From Antedon mediterranea (Eukaryota > Animalia > Echinodermata): a DNA stretch of 64,000 bases. The first letter of the stretch is position 1, and every line of letters starts with the position of its first letter. The notes under the pieces were generated by a model. That model was not told the DNA's origin, did not search any database, and saw only the letters and a program-made list of their open reading frames with translations. The translations under genes were made by a program, and so were the position numbers. Of the stretch, positions 27,980 through 41,322 are shown piece after piece. The stretch is taken from assembly GCF_964355755.1 (NCBI RefSeq), contig NC_092674.1:2418001-2482000 (forward strand), in the 5' to 3' direction.

Positions 27980-28183
27980 AAGTGGTGTAACACAGAAGCT
28001 TGAGACCCCTGGTTTAGAAACGCTGGAGTGGTCCTCTTACGGTGGAGGAATTGGGCGTTTTCAGCCTTTTCCAAAATATTTTAAAGCCTTTTTTTCCTCT
28101 GATCCCTGCCCAGGGGCCCCCGCAAGCTTCAGGGCCCCTCGGTTTAGCCAGTAAGTGCTACTGTAATAGCTGTTACGCCACTG
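27980..28183. mobile_element. hAT-like MITE
   Basis: Termini AAGTGGTGTAAC / GTTACGCCACTG; 8-bp flanks TTGTTGGA / CTGTTGGA (one mismatch). Confidence 0.65.
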
Positions 28184-29330
28184 CTGTTGGACTTGATATC
28201 TGCGTAATCTAGTGATGTGCCACATGGAAACAAGATATCTCTATTTCGTTAATTTAATGATAATTTTAATAACAGTACAAAATGTTGTCAAAAAGGTGTT
28301 TAATTAGGGTGGGTAGAAAATGTAAACTTGGAGGACATTAGCCTTACAAGAAACCTCAAAGGAATATCAGTGGGCTTACTGATGGTATTTATGCATGTCT
28401 GAAGTGTATTTATCGCCCACACTAAAGGAAATAAAGAACTATCAGTAAAGAGTCAAGTGGAATTAAAAGTTGCAGGGGATAGCCCACAATTCAATTAGAA
28501 ATAGTATCATCATTCTAATTATGAACCCCTCAGTTCAGTTCAGTTTTATTTGGTTCACTCAAAAATACAAAGACAAACATAACATAGAAAAAAGCACAAG
28601 ATAGCAATATTGATAGAATGAACTGAGGAATAAGAAAGTTTAAAAGAAAACTTATTTCCATTGGGGTCCTCAGATGTACTCCTGTTGATTGGAAACTTTC
28701 ACAACATGTTAAATAATATTATTTCTATGCATAAATAAGAGATTTTAGTCGTTATCATTTTGTTTCATTAGACAAACCATGCTTCAAACTCCAAACAAAG
28801 ACTAATACTATTAGGCCTACTGCACATTAATAATACAATAGTGTGGTTGTAAATTGCAAACTTTCCCAATTGAGAACTCTGTTTTAAGTTATGTACGCAA
28901 GTAGAGTAAGAAGCTGAACAAAGCAATAATTGCTTTGTGGTAGTCCCATAAGGTTATAGTATAGAAAAAAATATTCATTTCATAGACATTTAAACCCGTT
29001 TTTTGCGTGGGTAGTGTGTTATATCGAGATAAACAGCCATACTTTACTTATCTGCCGACATCTGTGGCGTGTCTAATACAAACCGGGGTTCAGAAGGGTT
29101 AACACGAGGGCGTGTAGTAGGACGACAGTTAAATAGTAACTCTCTAAATTCCGTGCTTCAGACAATGTTGGTCAAAGTGTCTGAGGTTCTTTTTAAACAT
29201 CAATTACAGATAATAAGCTCAATTGGTCAGTTTTTAAATAAGAACAACTATTTTGGGCGTTGCATTTCACCTGTCTTAGGTGGTATTTCCTTGACTGTCA
29301 AACAACTTTAGGTCGAAATGTTAAACTAGA

Positions 29331-30035
29331 TTTAGTAACGTTTGTTTAAGAAACAAGTTTTTAAAGTGAATGTGGTCAGGGAACAAAGATTGATTTGTCT
29401 AAATTCTAAATCATGCACTCTCGCACCTCTCCCTCTTTTAGGTAAACAGAACTACAGTAGGCTGGTATACAGTAATATTATTTTTTTCTTTTTTCAGAAG
29501 TTAGGAATTACTGTAAATTGAATTTATTGAATTGAAGATGTCTCATTGGTTAGTAAGACACCATTTTTATTTGAGCTCCTGTGAGACTGTTCCGAAGATC
29601 GCTCTCACGTAAGATCTCTTCAACGAAGCGGTGAAAATGGTTTTTCTGCATCATCTTCATTTTGTTGGTTAGTTTTAGGATATTTCATGGCGCTTTTTTT
29701 GAGTGAAGCAATTCAAAACAATTGCATATAAGGCTTTAATATTCTGAGGGTGCATGATTTAGAATTTAGACACATTTTTGTCTTAAAATCTGTCACAAAT
29801 GTTCTGGTAATATGCTAATTATATTTGTTTGTTATTTGCTAATTTGGCAAACTACGTTATGCTCGGTGAATTAATAAAACAGTTGAATTAAAAGAACCGT
29901 GTTGACAAGTCACACTTGTAATATGGTGTCAGAATAATGGAGATTCTCAAAATGGAATCGTTAAAATTTAAGTCTAATTGTTCCCTGACCATATTCACTT
30001 GGTAAAAACTTGTTTCTTGAACAAACGTTACTAAA
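29331..30035. mobile_element. Non-autonomous element with long (~55 bp) inverted repeats
   Basis: TTTAGTAACGTTTGTTTAAGAAACAAGTTTTT..GAATGTGGTCAGGGAACAA (29331) is inverted at 29978-30035; second internal inverted pair at about 29396-29420 / 29748-29772. Confidence 0.7.
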
Positions 30036-30436
30036 CATAAAACATTTAAAAATACAGGTATACAGCTGAGTGTTAGTAAGAAAATGGGCATAAGACCAAC
30101 AATCACAAGCAATGGGGCAAAATATCAAGTATTTCCAGGTATCAACGCTCCCAAGTCATATGTGAGTTACTGTCAAACAAAGATAGGTTCAATAGTGCAA
30201 TAAAATACATTAATAATTGCCACAACACAAATATTCATTTCTAGGAAATCACCTGCCTGTAGGTCACTGGTGGTACAATTACATACAGTGTCATGTTGTG
30301 CAATACCTTTTAGTGGAATATTCAAGAACACAGTATATTCGTTCTAATAAACTTTGTTTGGTATACTTACTTTTTGTTATATAAGCATTGTCACTTAAAC
30401 TTGATATTAATTTAAATGCAAACTTAAAAATGAAGT

Positions 30437-30779
30437 TTAAAGATGTACTGTGCAGTATTGTCATCCTGAAAAAAATAATTTTTGTTGTTGAATATGCCAT
30501 TCTAATGTCACATAATAGTTATCCACTTTGAACAAAAATTGAATCAAAACATTTTTATTTACCTAAAAAAGCTGTAATTTAAAGCAAAAATAGTCAAATT
30601 GGCTGCCAGCCAATGGGTTTTTGGTTGAATTTAACCATTTATTTTGACATTTTATGAGAAAACATAATTTCTTTTGTTTTTTGTTTCTTTTTTTTATTAA
30701 AACTACAAAATAACCTATTCAAAGTCTGATTTAATTAATCTTAATTGTTCATATTTTTTGGGTGACAATACATCTTTAA
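30437..30779. mobile_element. MITE family B copy
   Basis: TTAAAGATGTA...GACAATACATCTTTAA. Confidence 0.8.
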
Positions 30780-31080
30780 CCTTTTGAAAATAAATAGAAA
30801 TGTAAATATCTTAAATTTATTTCTGATTGTTTTTTATAGATCTGTTTGAAATTGTTCTATAGATACTGTATATAGTTCCTTTTTTTTATTTTGAAAGAAG
30901 AGACTAAACTTATAAAAAAAACTGATGACACAAGCCGTGACATCATCATTTTCGTAACTCGGACATGATTACTCCGTAAAAATATTAAAATAGATTAAAT
31001 CTTTTTTAATAACATTAGTTAATGTTACATCGGGTGTACCTGAAACCTATCAGAGTTATATCAGACTTACACAGAGGAAT

Positions 31081-31231
31081 AAGCTCTGTCTACATTATCA
31101 AACTAGTTTGAAAAAAAAGTGTGATGTGCCCAAATATGGTAGTGATATACTTAAATATGGTAGTGATATGACATCATGTCCATGGGCACATCACTTTGTC
31201 ACATAAAGTTTGATAGAGTGTAGACAGAGCT
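31081..31231. mobile_element. MITE family A copy
   Basis: AAGCTCTGTCTACATTATCAAAC...GTGTAGACAGAGCT. Confidence 0.75.
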
Positions 31232-32356
31232 AATTTAGACACAACTCAGATAATGATTCGAATCAGCATACTCCGTCCATCTTGTCTGTGTTATTGTATT
31301 TATATTGTGAACTGTTGTATTTTATAGAAATAAAGAAATGAGTTACATAATTTTGTTCTGTTGCCAATACTTAAGTAACAATAAAGGTTTGACCCTTTAA
31401 TACTATGATCCTGAAGTATAAGCTGTAATAAAGTAGTTTGATTGGCTTATGCGTGTCCTTGAGTAACGTGACTGGTTGATGATAGAGTTCATCCAACTCT
31501 TGTAACTTTAGAGGGGGTACAATTATTGCACAATGTTCTCGGTAAACAGACATTTACAAGCCACCCTTTGGTATAAATTCCCAAAAATGTATTGTCAAAT
31601 TATGATGAATATTTAATGATTTAAGATAAATAAAATCAAACTGTGAATTGGCAATTTTGTGGTTTTATTAAAGGTATTCACATTGGCCTAAAACACTAAA
31701 TGAAAAGAAACTAAATAAACAGAATTTAACCATAATCCTGTTATTTACCAGACAATTGGCTTCCACTTGACTTTTCTTTCTTTAAATTAAAGTTTATTGG
31801 GTATTTTTTTCAATACAATTATTGGTCAAAGTGAATAATATAATATTTAAAATGGCCTATTTAACACAATTTTTAAGAATTATTTTTTCAGGGAAAAATC
31901 TTTTATTATAAAGAGATAAGAAGAGTAAATAAACATATTATAAGTAAATACTAAAATGGCCAAAATTAATATTTTATAAGTTTATAAAACAATTGTTTTA
32001 ATATTCAGTAGGTCTGCAATGACTGCCTACTGTATGTTTGTATATAAATAATAGCAATCAGGATATTTAAGTTAAAAGTGGCAAGGAATAAATTATACTT
32101 TGTGGTTAAAAATTGATTACTGAAATTGATCCACCAAAAAAAATAATTAATCCGGCTAGGATAGGGAAAAAAGTAAAATATTGAGGAAATAGGGAAAGTA
32201 ATCAGGAAGTTAAAGATTGGGAAAGCAGAAAATAAAAAACCAAAATAGGATGTTGTGGTTTACGAAAAAATAAAAAAAATTGAAACATCAAAAAATGATG
32301 AGTTCACAGACCTAAAACCATTTTTTATTAAAAAAAAAATAATGATGTTCAAACTA

Positions 32357-32388
<32 letters not shown>

Positions 32389-33600
32389 CTTTATTTTAAC
32401 ACGGAAAAGCTTGTGTCACCATAAAGGTGTTCTTCTACAAGGCCGTGATCAACTAACAGTAGTACATTACACATTTAAAAATAACAAATTTTTAAAAATA
32501 ACAAATTTTAAAAATAACAAATTTTAAAAATAACAAATTAGAGAACAAAAATATATGAACAGAAACCTTAATTACATTTGTGATAAGAGTACAAAATAAA
32601 TAATAAATCACACCAATAATTTTTTGAAAGTATTCAAATTTGTGGCATTTTGCATTGGTTTTTTTAGAGTATTCCATAAACTAGCACCATGATATGAAAA
32701 ACTTTTTTTTTTATATTCTGTTTTGGGTTTATTCAATTTTAATACATCCTTTGATCTTGTATTGTATGTGTCTAGTTTGGGTGTAAATAGTTCGTTTAGA
32801 TATGGTGGTGCTTGATTATGGAATATTTTATATAACATTTTGGCTTCATTATTATGTAGTTGAGTATTAAGATTTATCCAGTTTAAGTTTTGCAGGGCTT
32901 GTGTACTTGAGTCGTATTTCCTTGTTTTTGTAATAATTTTGGCTGCTCTGTTTTGTAGCATTTGTAGTTTATTAGTATTTTTTTTATTTGATCTGCCCCA
33001 CACAATATTACAATAGTAAAACTGTGGAGAGATAATACTATTATACATTAAGCAAGATACATGTTTTGGGACGAGATTTGAAGATTTTTTTAAGTAGTAC
33101 AAGCCTGGCAATACTTTACTTTTAACATTATCTATTTGTTTATCCCACAGTAAATATTCATCAATAACAACACCTAGATGTTTACAGCTTTTTACTCTTT
33201 GTAGCCGAACATTGTCTATGTTTAAATTTAGATCAATGTTTGCTAATTTTGCAAGCCTTTGTTGTGTTCCTATAAACATACACTGAGTTTTATTTACATT
33301 TAGACTAAGCTTGTTACTTGCTAGCCATGATTTGATTTTTTTTAAATCTTCATTAATTTTTGCAAGTACTTCATTTATATCAGAAGATGCAAAGTAAAGA
33401 GCTGTATCATCTGCATACATACTAATCTGTACACTATTTACATGCTTTGGTAGATCATTTACATAAAGTATAAATAAGAGTGGTCCCAAAATTGATCCTT
33501 GGGGGATTCCACAATTACTATAGCATTTATCTGATCGGACACCATTTACTTGTGTTAAGTGCGTACGATCACAAAGATAGTCTTTAAACCAATTTAATAC
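32357..33600 (-). mobile_element. 5'-truncated LINE (CR1-group, L2/Crack/Daphne-like), RT C-terminal half
   Basis: GIPQGSILGPLLF, MYADDT, KHLGV and FSYHGASLWN motifs; (ATT)n tail at about 32357-32385; 16-bp unit x4 in the 3' UTR (about 32474-32539). Confidence 0.88.
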
Positions 33601-36600
33601 AGTTTAATATACAGTTTAAAGAATTTAACATTGAAATTTTGGAAAATAACAACATATTGAGGCTTGTAATATTTATTTATTTTATTCAATCGAAACCAAC
33701 AGCAATAATTACTGCCACTAATAGGTTTGATACTAACAAAGCCAGGACTGTTTAAAGCACCTTCTCTCGTCCAGTACCCACCTTGACTAGCACAGAGATT
33801 ATCTCTATGGTGCTAGCATGGCCAAATTAATAATCATCATGCCGTGGATGTACTGTAGTGAACTAATAGTAATGAACAGTTTTAGCTTTGAACTAGATGT
33901 CGGTCTTGTTAAATTCTACGCAAGCACTAACGAGGGAAAGTGCTTCTCAACAGATAACCAAGAACACAATATGAGGGCCTGCTTCTTCTGTAAAGGCTTA
34001 CCGGGGTTAAATTCCACATGAATTGCGTATTTTGGCTTGTTTGTATAGTTTTTAAAGTACAATACTGATGGAATGTATTTCAATCTTTTGTATTAAATGT
34101 CAAAATGTAATTCTATAACATTTGTGTCCTGTTTATTGTGAAAGGTATAAATGTTTCAATGGCTACAATGTTAATTTATGCCTCATTTGAATTCGAAGAA
34201 CGAATACTGCAGATTTGATTTAATAACTATATTGTCAATGATTTTAAGAAACAAAAGAAAATAAAATGCTGAAGTCATTGTATCCGTGAATGTATAAGAC
34301 AAAGGACAAAAGCTTTGGTGGTCATATTTGAAGGATTTAGGATGTAGTTTTTACATCCTAAATAATGTTGGTTTTTGCTTAGCAACAAGGAGTTATCATA
34401 CCTTTAACCTTATACATTAATGTTTTTTGTTTTTTTTCATATGCCTTTCTGTATGTTTAAATTTTATGTCATAGTTTTGCTGTGAATTTGTCTACTTTTG
34501 AACTCTTTTTGTACATTTTTTATACCTGAAAAGTAAATTAAAATCAGCAGTGGCTGCATTAATAGCTAAGAGTGCTCACTGGCAACCCCAAGGCAGTTTA
34601 CGGGGCCTGAGAAAAAAAAAACGCCCAAAAACTGGCACCAAAATATGTCGAAAAGAGCTCTGTGCTCTCAGTAATTAAATTTGACAATACACAATAAATC
34701 AATTAATTATTACCATAATGACAACAAAATTGAGTCAAAAGTTAAGGCTAAAAAAATAAAGACAATGATTTCCTTTTTAGTTGTTCCAAGGTTTTCTAAA
34801 CTAAAAGGAATGATGTTTTGGTTTTGATAAAATGCTAAAACACAATGGACTGCTGGACATTCTTGGGCCTTTGCTCACAATGTCCACTTTAGAGTTCAAT
34901 AACCTTATGGCTTCCTGGACATCCAGTTTCAAAGACTTGACCATTACCTTATATGCATCCTTTATTCTTAAATAAATGACTTTTGCTAAAAATAGTTTCC
35001 CAGGGATGTAAAAACAATGAATTGCTTCGTTTGGTAATATTTGATTTTGAATACTATTTCAGATTATTTAAAGGTAAATTTTAGGGATTTTCCCTTTGCC
35101 AGTTAGGGTTTCCCCTTTTAATTTAGGCCAAACACATACCTTTGATTTTTGAAAGTTTTATTATCGACTTCCTCAACGGACGCAAAAAACAAAAAAATTT
35201 TTTAAATAATCAGATATGATGTAATTTTTTATTTAATTAAAGGGACTATTATTCTACTGCAGTAACAGACTTTTTATGTAATTTATATCTAGTAAGCTTT
35301 TCTGAAATTGAGAGTGACTGACTCATAAACTTTGTAAACAAAATATAACCAACTGTTACTGCAGTAAAAAATGTTACTGCGGTAAATACAATTAGATTAA
35401 TTTTGTTATCCCTTAATCAGACATTTATAGCATAGAAAATATTAGTTCTTGTTCAGTTCTAATCAATTAATTAGACAACATAAATAAAAACTTTATATAT
35501 TATTTTCAAAATTTTTTGAGTATCGACGCCCCTGGATGTTCTGTGCAGAAGGCTGTTTAAGTTACAATTAATTTTGTCGATACATTATTATTAACACACT
35601 CTAATCTTATGATCATAAATTATCAATAGAGGATGTAATATTTTTATGGAAGCGTGCCAGCTGGCTTACGGCCACATGATTTTGACTTTACAAACTGTCG
35701 TCGTATCGTAGGTGTTATTGTCATCGAATGAACATGATCTTATAACGGCAGTAAAATGTTGACTGTATCAATTATATTTTATTTTATCATGCTATATTTA
35801 CGATATATTGCTGGGTCGACTTATGGTGAATTCTTCCATGAACATTGAAGACAATTTTTGAATATCAAAAACCAAAATTGCCTAAATACTACCAGCGATA
35901 AATTTGTACATAATTATATAAAATACAAACCGGACGCCAAAAGACCTGAAACAATTTCAACACAAAATTTGTCTTAAGTTTCCAAGATCCATTTCTAAAA
36001 ACGCGTTATGAAAACCGGAGTTGTGATTTTTAATGGTTTTGAGTGGTATCATATTGACTTAAAATTTAAACTTTGAAAGTAAAGAGGATTTTGGTTTTTT
36101 TATAAAAAGTTCTCAAAGTACTTTACGAATCAGCAGAGATCAGTGTAGTGGTCAGTTATGAAACAAAGCACAGTTGAAGACGTTTGTTCTCCCAAAAACA
36201 TGAATAATAAAATCATACATAGAATAGATTATTTTGTAGTTTTAATATAGTTATTCACTTCTTTTGTTCAATTCAATTTTTAGTGAAAGTAAGTGACATT
36301 AAAATGGCGTAATCAACATCAATTTTTTTAAGAATTATTTTTTTCAGTTAATTTTTTCAATTGTGTATATCTTTAAAACAGTGCTACTGTACGTAAAAGC
36401 ATGGAGGGATTCCTTCATGGTCAGAGTGTAACCCTATTGTATGTGCTGTACAGTGGGTAGGTGGTTCACCCCAAATTCCAGGAATGAATTTGACATTTTT
36501 AGAAAAGTTGCAGCAGTGTTCTATTTTAAAACCAAAGATGATTTACATTTGCGCTAGTTTGACAACATTTATAGAGTAAATATTTAAACAGTCAGAATGT

Positions 36601-36713
36601 ACAACTTTTTTAGCCATGTCATAAAAACAAACTTGTACCCTTACAAAGTTCAGAGAACTTCTAGTTGTTAACCTTACTGTACATAGATATTTTTATGTAA
36701 ATAAACTTTTTAT

Positions 36714-37298
36714 TAGTAAAAATGTATGTATGTACAGTAAAAATGTATGTATGTACAGTAAAAATGTATGTTGTACAGTAAAAATGTATATTGTACAGTA
36801 AAAAATGTATGTTGTACAGTAAAAATGTATGTATGTACAGTAAAAATGTATGTATGTACAGTAAAAATGTATGTTGTACAGTAAAAATGTATATTGTACA
36901 GTAAAAAATGTATGTTGTAAAGTAAAAATGTATGTATGTACAGTAAAAATGTATGTTGTACAGTAAAAATGTATGTTGTACAGTAAAAATGTATGTATGT
37001 ACAGTAAAAATGTATGTTGTACAGTAAAAATGTATGTATGTACAGTAAAAATGTATGTTGTACAGTAAAAATGTATGTTGTACAGTAAAAATGTATGTAT
37101 GTACAGTAAAAATGTATGTTGTACAGTAAAAATGTATGTTGTACAGTAAAAATGTATGTTGTACAGTAAAAATGTATGTTGTACAGTAAAAATGTATGTT
37201 GTACAGTAAAAATGTATGTTGTACAGTAAAAATGTATGTTGTACAGTAAAAATGTATGTTGTACAGTAAAAATGTATGTTGTACAGTAAAAATGTATG
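36714..37298. repeat. Minisatellite, 20-21 bp unit GTACAGTAAAAATGTATGT(T/AT)
   Basis: About 28 tandem units; source of the repetitive ORFs 36693-37346 and 36713-37306. Confidence 0.97.
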
Positions 37299-37377
37299 TA
37301 AATCAAAGAGCTGCATAGGCAGGATATAGAAAAAAATCAAGATCAAATAAGTTAAAACTGCCTCAATATAGATTTAT

Positions 37378-37418
37378 TTTTACGACATGTTTCGGGCATA
37401 GCCCATCATCAGGTGAAG
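37378..37418 (-). ncRNA. Minimal type I hammerhead ribozyme motif (Penelope-like element associated)
   Basis: Minus strand reads CTTCAC-CTGATGA-T-GGGC-TAT-GCCC-GAAA-CATGTC-GTAAA: CUGAUGA and GAAA core, 4-bp stem II, palindromic ACAUGU stem III, GUC cleavage triplet; stem I weak. Confidence 0.6.
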
Positions 37419-37549
37419 AGAATTGTAACAAAGATAACATTTATAAGTCACAAAATTACATAATAAAACAAATCAGCCAATCAAAGATGTTAACAAACAA
37501 AAGGCATAGTTATAAAGGCACGCCTCCAAAAGCTGTTTATTTGTAATAA

Positions 37550-38062
37550 GTTACATTGTATTAGAATGGAAGAATTACAAACACTTCAACGTAAACTTAT
37601 TGCAATAAATTGTGTAGATACTTGGGTAAATTTTATTTCTGGTGACCTATCTATTGAGGTTCAATATGTCCTAGGAAGCACGTTATTCCATAAAAATAAC
37701 TCTGACGACATTTATGCTGTATTTGACAGTTATTGTAAAATGTACACAAGCTGTGCTTGGAAATTAAGAAATGCAATTGTATTACAACTTTGAACTGTTT
37801 TATTTTAAAAAAAAGTGTTTTCTTTTCCATTGCTGTTGCAAAATTAGTAGTTGTATTAGTGTAGTTTTAGTTTGTAAATAAGTTTTGTAATAGCGTCGAG
37901 TCAAATTTTATGTCATTATCTCAAATATGTTTTATTTTCGTTTCAGTTTTTATTTTTCATTGTTTTTGTATTGAATTTTGTAATTGGTATGGACGCACCA
38001 TCTACGCATGTGTACCACTGTTAAAAAAGTGTTGTTCCAAATAAATATTATTATTATTATTA
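37550..38062 (+). mobile_element. 3' fragment of an RTE-X-like LINE (related to the 46869-48260 element)
   Basis: Peptide QYVLG...FDSYCKMYTSCAW resembles KYILG...LDSFCKRYLKQAW. The 3' end GGACGCACC..TGTGTACCAC..GTTCCAAATAAAT matches 48198-48260; (ATT)n tail. Confidence 0.65.
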
Positions 38063-38239
38063 TGGGGGTACAAAGCAGGAATGGTTGCTTATAAAGCAGG
38101 AAATTTAAAACAAAGACAAAATCTTCAAGTGTAAATAATTTTTAATATGTGAATGCCTCTGGCAAGATCTAAATTGTACATTTATGCCGGTAGGGGCAAG
38201 AGTGCCAAGCTTTATTCTTTCTTCTATAATTCTACGAAC

Positions 38240-38690
38240 AAATGTATGTATGTACAGTAAAAATGTATGTTGTACAGTATGTATATTGTTTGTACACTTC
38301 AAACAATATATTATTGTTGGGGTCACACTGCCGCCAACTCATTGTACATTGTTATGCATTTCTCACAACAAATAACAGGTATTATATTTGTCTACAAGAA
38401 CATTTTTCTGTAAAAATGTACAACTTTTTTGGCCATGTCATGAAAACAAAGTCATCACCTTACAAATTTCGGGAACTTTTAGTTGTTGAACTTACATAAC
38501 AGACTTTTTTATGTTCAACTTATTATTATTAGTAAAAATGTGTGTAAGTATATTGTTTGTATTGTTGAACACTTCAAACAATATATTATTGTTGGGGTCA
38601 CGCCGCCGACGACTCATTGTACATTGTTATGCATTTCTCACAACAATAACAGGTATTATATATTTGTCTAGAAGAACATTGTTGACAGAA
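38240..38690. repeat. ~290-bp local tandem duplication containing the minisatellite seed unit
   Basis: 38240-38400 recurs at 38530-38690, and 38414-38495 matches 36595-36675. Confidence 0.75.
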
Positions 38691-39508
38691 ACGTAGGCCT
38701 ACTAGTTAGTTTTTGTGAGTGTCACCTTTTTAAAATGTTTCGCATCTTTAAAAAATAAATAGTGATGTTATACAATGGCTTTATCCATTTTATCATGTTG
38801 ATGATAACTATTTTCAAAAGTTATAAAATAAAACCGTAGTAATTGGTAGATAGGTGTAGTGTATCAAGTTCACCAAACAGGCAAAACAGAAAAGAAAAAT
38901 ATATAAAAAAAATTTAATTAAACATTTATAAAGCGCTATATTTACCACCAGAGTCTCACAGCACAACATGAAAAGAATAACTATTGAAATAGGTGAGTTT
39001 TCAGGAGAGATTTGAATTGAAAATTTAAAAAAATAAATACTAAAATAGAACAATGAAACAATACAACAATTGTTTAAAAATAGAGTTAATCAATTCATAG
39101 GCACCTGACTAATAATCTTAATAAAAGTTACTAACAATAGATAACTTGACACAATAGTGTACAAGTCACCACCAGTGTTGTTATTATTATCCCAAACAAT
39201 GTGAGTAAGAGGAGGTTGGTACAGACTTGGTCTGGACAAACACCATGATGAATGCATATTAGTGGTCATGCCTTGATGCCATAATATCCTGTTGAGTTCA
39301 CCAACCCAAGAAACAATGGAGATATTCACTTTCTACTGAGTGAATGATTAGTGAGTCTTCCATATAGAGGTCTTAAAAACAATCCCTGGCTGGTTTATGT
39401 ACATGAGTCCACCTTCCGTCATTTACAAATGTGGTCAGGTGTTTATCTTTTTATAGATATTATGTCTATGATTGTAAAGAGACTTAAATGTACTACGGAG
39501 TGCAAAGT

Positions 39509-39764
39509 TTAAAGATGTATTGTCCCCCAAAAACATGAAAAATGAAGATTAATTAAATCAGAATTTGAATAGGTTATTTTTATTAAATCTCTTCCATAGA
39601 AAAAAGGTTTTCATTTATAAAATGACAAAATAAATGGTTAAATTTAACAACCAAAAACCCACTGGCAGCCAATTCGACTTTTTATTGCTTTCAATTACAA
39701 TTTTTTAATATCAAAGAAAAAAAAAATTAAGAATTATTTTTTCAGGGGGACAATACACCTTTAG
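39509..39764. mobile_element. MITE family B copy (internally deleted)
   Basis: TTAAAGATGTATTGTCCCCC...GGGGGACAATACACCTTTA. Confidence 0.75.
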
Positions 39765-41277
39765 TTTGAATGATTTTTATATAAAATTTTATATGAAAAT
39801 TAATTACTCAGTATTATTTGTTGTTTTATTCTTATATTTTATTATATTCCATTCATGTTTGTGTCTTGTTTCTAAATGTTTATTGTCGTAAGATGTCTTT
39901 ATAAAAAGCTAGATTAATTTTACTGATACAATTTCCCAACATCCTCCCTGTGTTGGGATCTAGCATGTTGAGCAAAGGACTCGGGGAGAAGGCATGGTGT
40001 GGCTGTACTGTTAGTACAGTAAATTCCCTCACCTTTCAATAAAAATGTTTGGGGATGGGGAGAGCTACCCATTGAAAAAAGAAATGCCATAATTTTGGAA
40101 TCTCATAGCCCCTTTGTGTGTGGTGTATAAAATAAAATGCTATGTCACATATATTATTTCCTTCAAGTCCATAATATATTAGTGTAAATTCATTAAATGC
40201 TTCTGTTTATGAACTTACTATTAAATAAAGATATGGTTGGTATTGATGTCTCCCTTTGTGTTTTGTGTATAAAATAAAATGCTATGTCACATAATATTAT
40301 TATTTTTTCCTTTTTTACTATTTTAGTGTAAATTAAATAGCTGATATCATCATGCTATTACTAGTGTTACAAAAGAGTCAACACAGATTGGTACAAATTA
40401 TATATATGCCTATATACAGTAGCATAAATACAATGCAAACAAATTTTTCAATCCGTCACATTGTTTCACAAACACAATGGAATATTCACTCACTGATGAA
40501 TAATCACCACAGTGCCTCCCCACCCAACAAGGAGACTGTTGTCAACAACAATACAACCAACAGTTAGGTAACACCAGTATCAAGACAATGGAACTATATT
40601 TGTCTCTTGGTATGTGCGGTGGGTGTTTTAACCATTGCACAATCAGACAAACTTACTAAAGATAGATTTCCACATTATTGACTGTTTAATTTTAAATAAC
40701 CAGCCAACAGGATCACCTCATGCATCATTCATTCGTACGTACGTGTGAACCAAGTTTACGAGAATGAAAAAAGACTGAATCATCATCTGATGAAGAATGC
40801 GAGAAGAATCTTACAATTGAATTCTCGTACTGTAAAATAATATCTTAAATAAGAAATAATACCTTTCACACCACAACAAGATCTTTGAAGCCATCAGAAA
40901 AACTACATAATCTGTTTTCAAAACAAATAAGCCTAGGGCTAGGCCTAGGCCTACTTATTTTTTTACTGTGTTAAACTTTTTATGCAAATCGCATCGCGTG
41001 TAGTTTGTCAACACATTGAAGTAGAAACTAAAATATGAATCTGTGCGGTTTGTGTGTTTAAAACCAACAGCATAAAAAGTACAAACAAAGCTTTCTTTCA
41101 CCAAAAATATTTGATTCCATTCCGAAAAATTTAAATTATTTTTATTCATAAGTATTTTCTAAAATACCACTATGAAATAAAGCTTCAAGTTTAAAGTCAA
41201 ATCAGTAAATTCAGTTTAGGCGCTAGGCCGCCTATTTCGTTAATTGTTATTGTCTATAAAAAAAAACAAAATTGAAG

Positions 41278-41322
41278 ATGGAGGCAATCGTAAATGACGA
41301 AGCGACAATCTGTGACATAAAA
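41278..41322 (+). CDS. FIS1: Mitochondrial fission 1 protein, coding exon 1
   Basis: MEAIVNDEATICDIK followed by GTACGT donor; resembles the FIS1 N-terminal arm (human MEAVLNELVSVEDLL). Confidence 0.85.

Noticed and set aside
36693-37346. 217-aa and 197-aa repetitive ORFs
   Set aside because: Translations of a stop-free 20/21-bp minisatellite.
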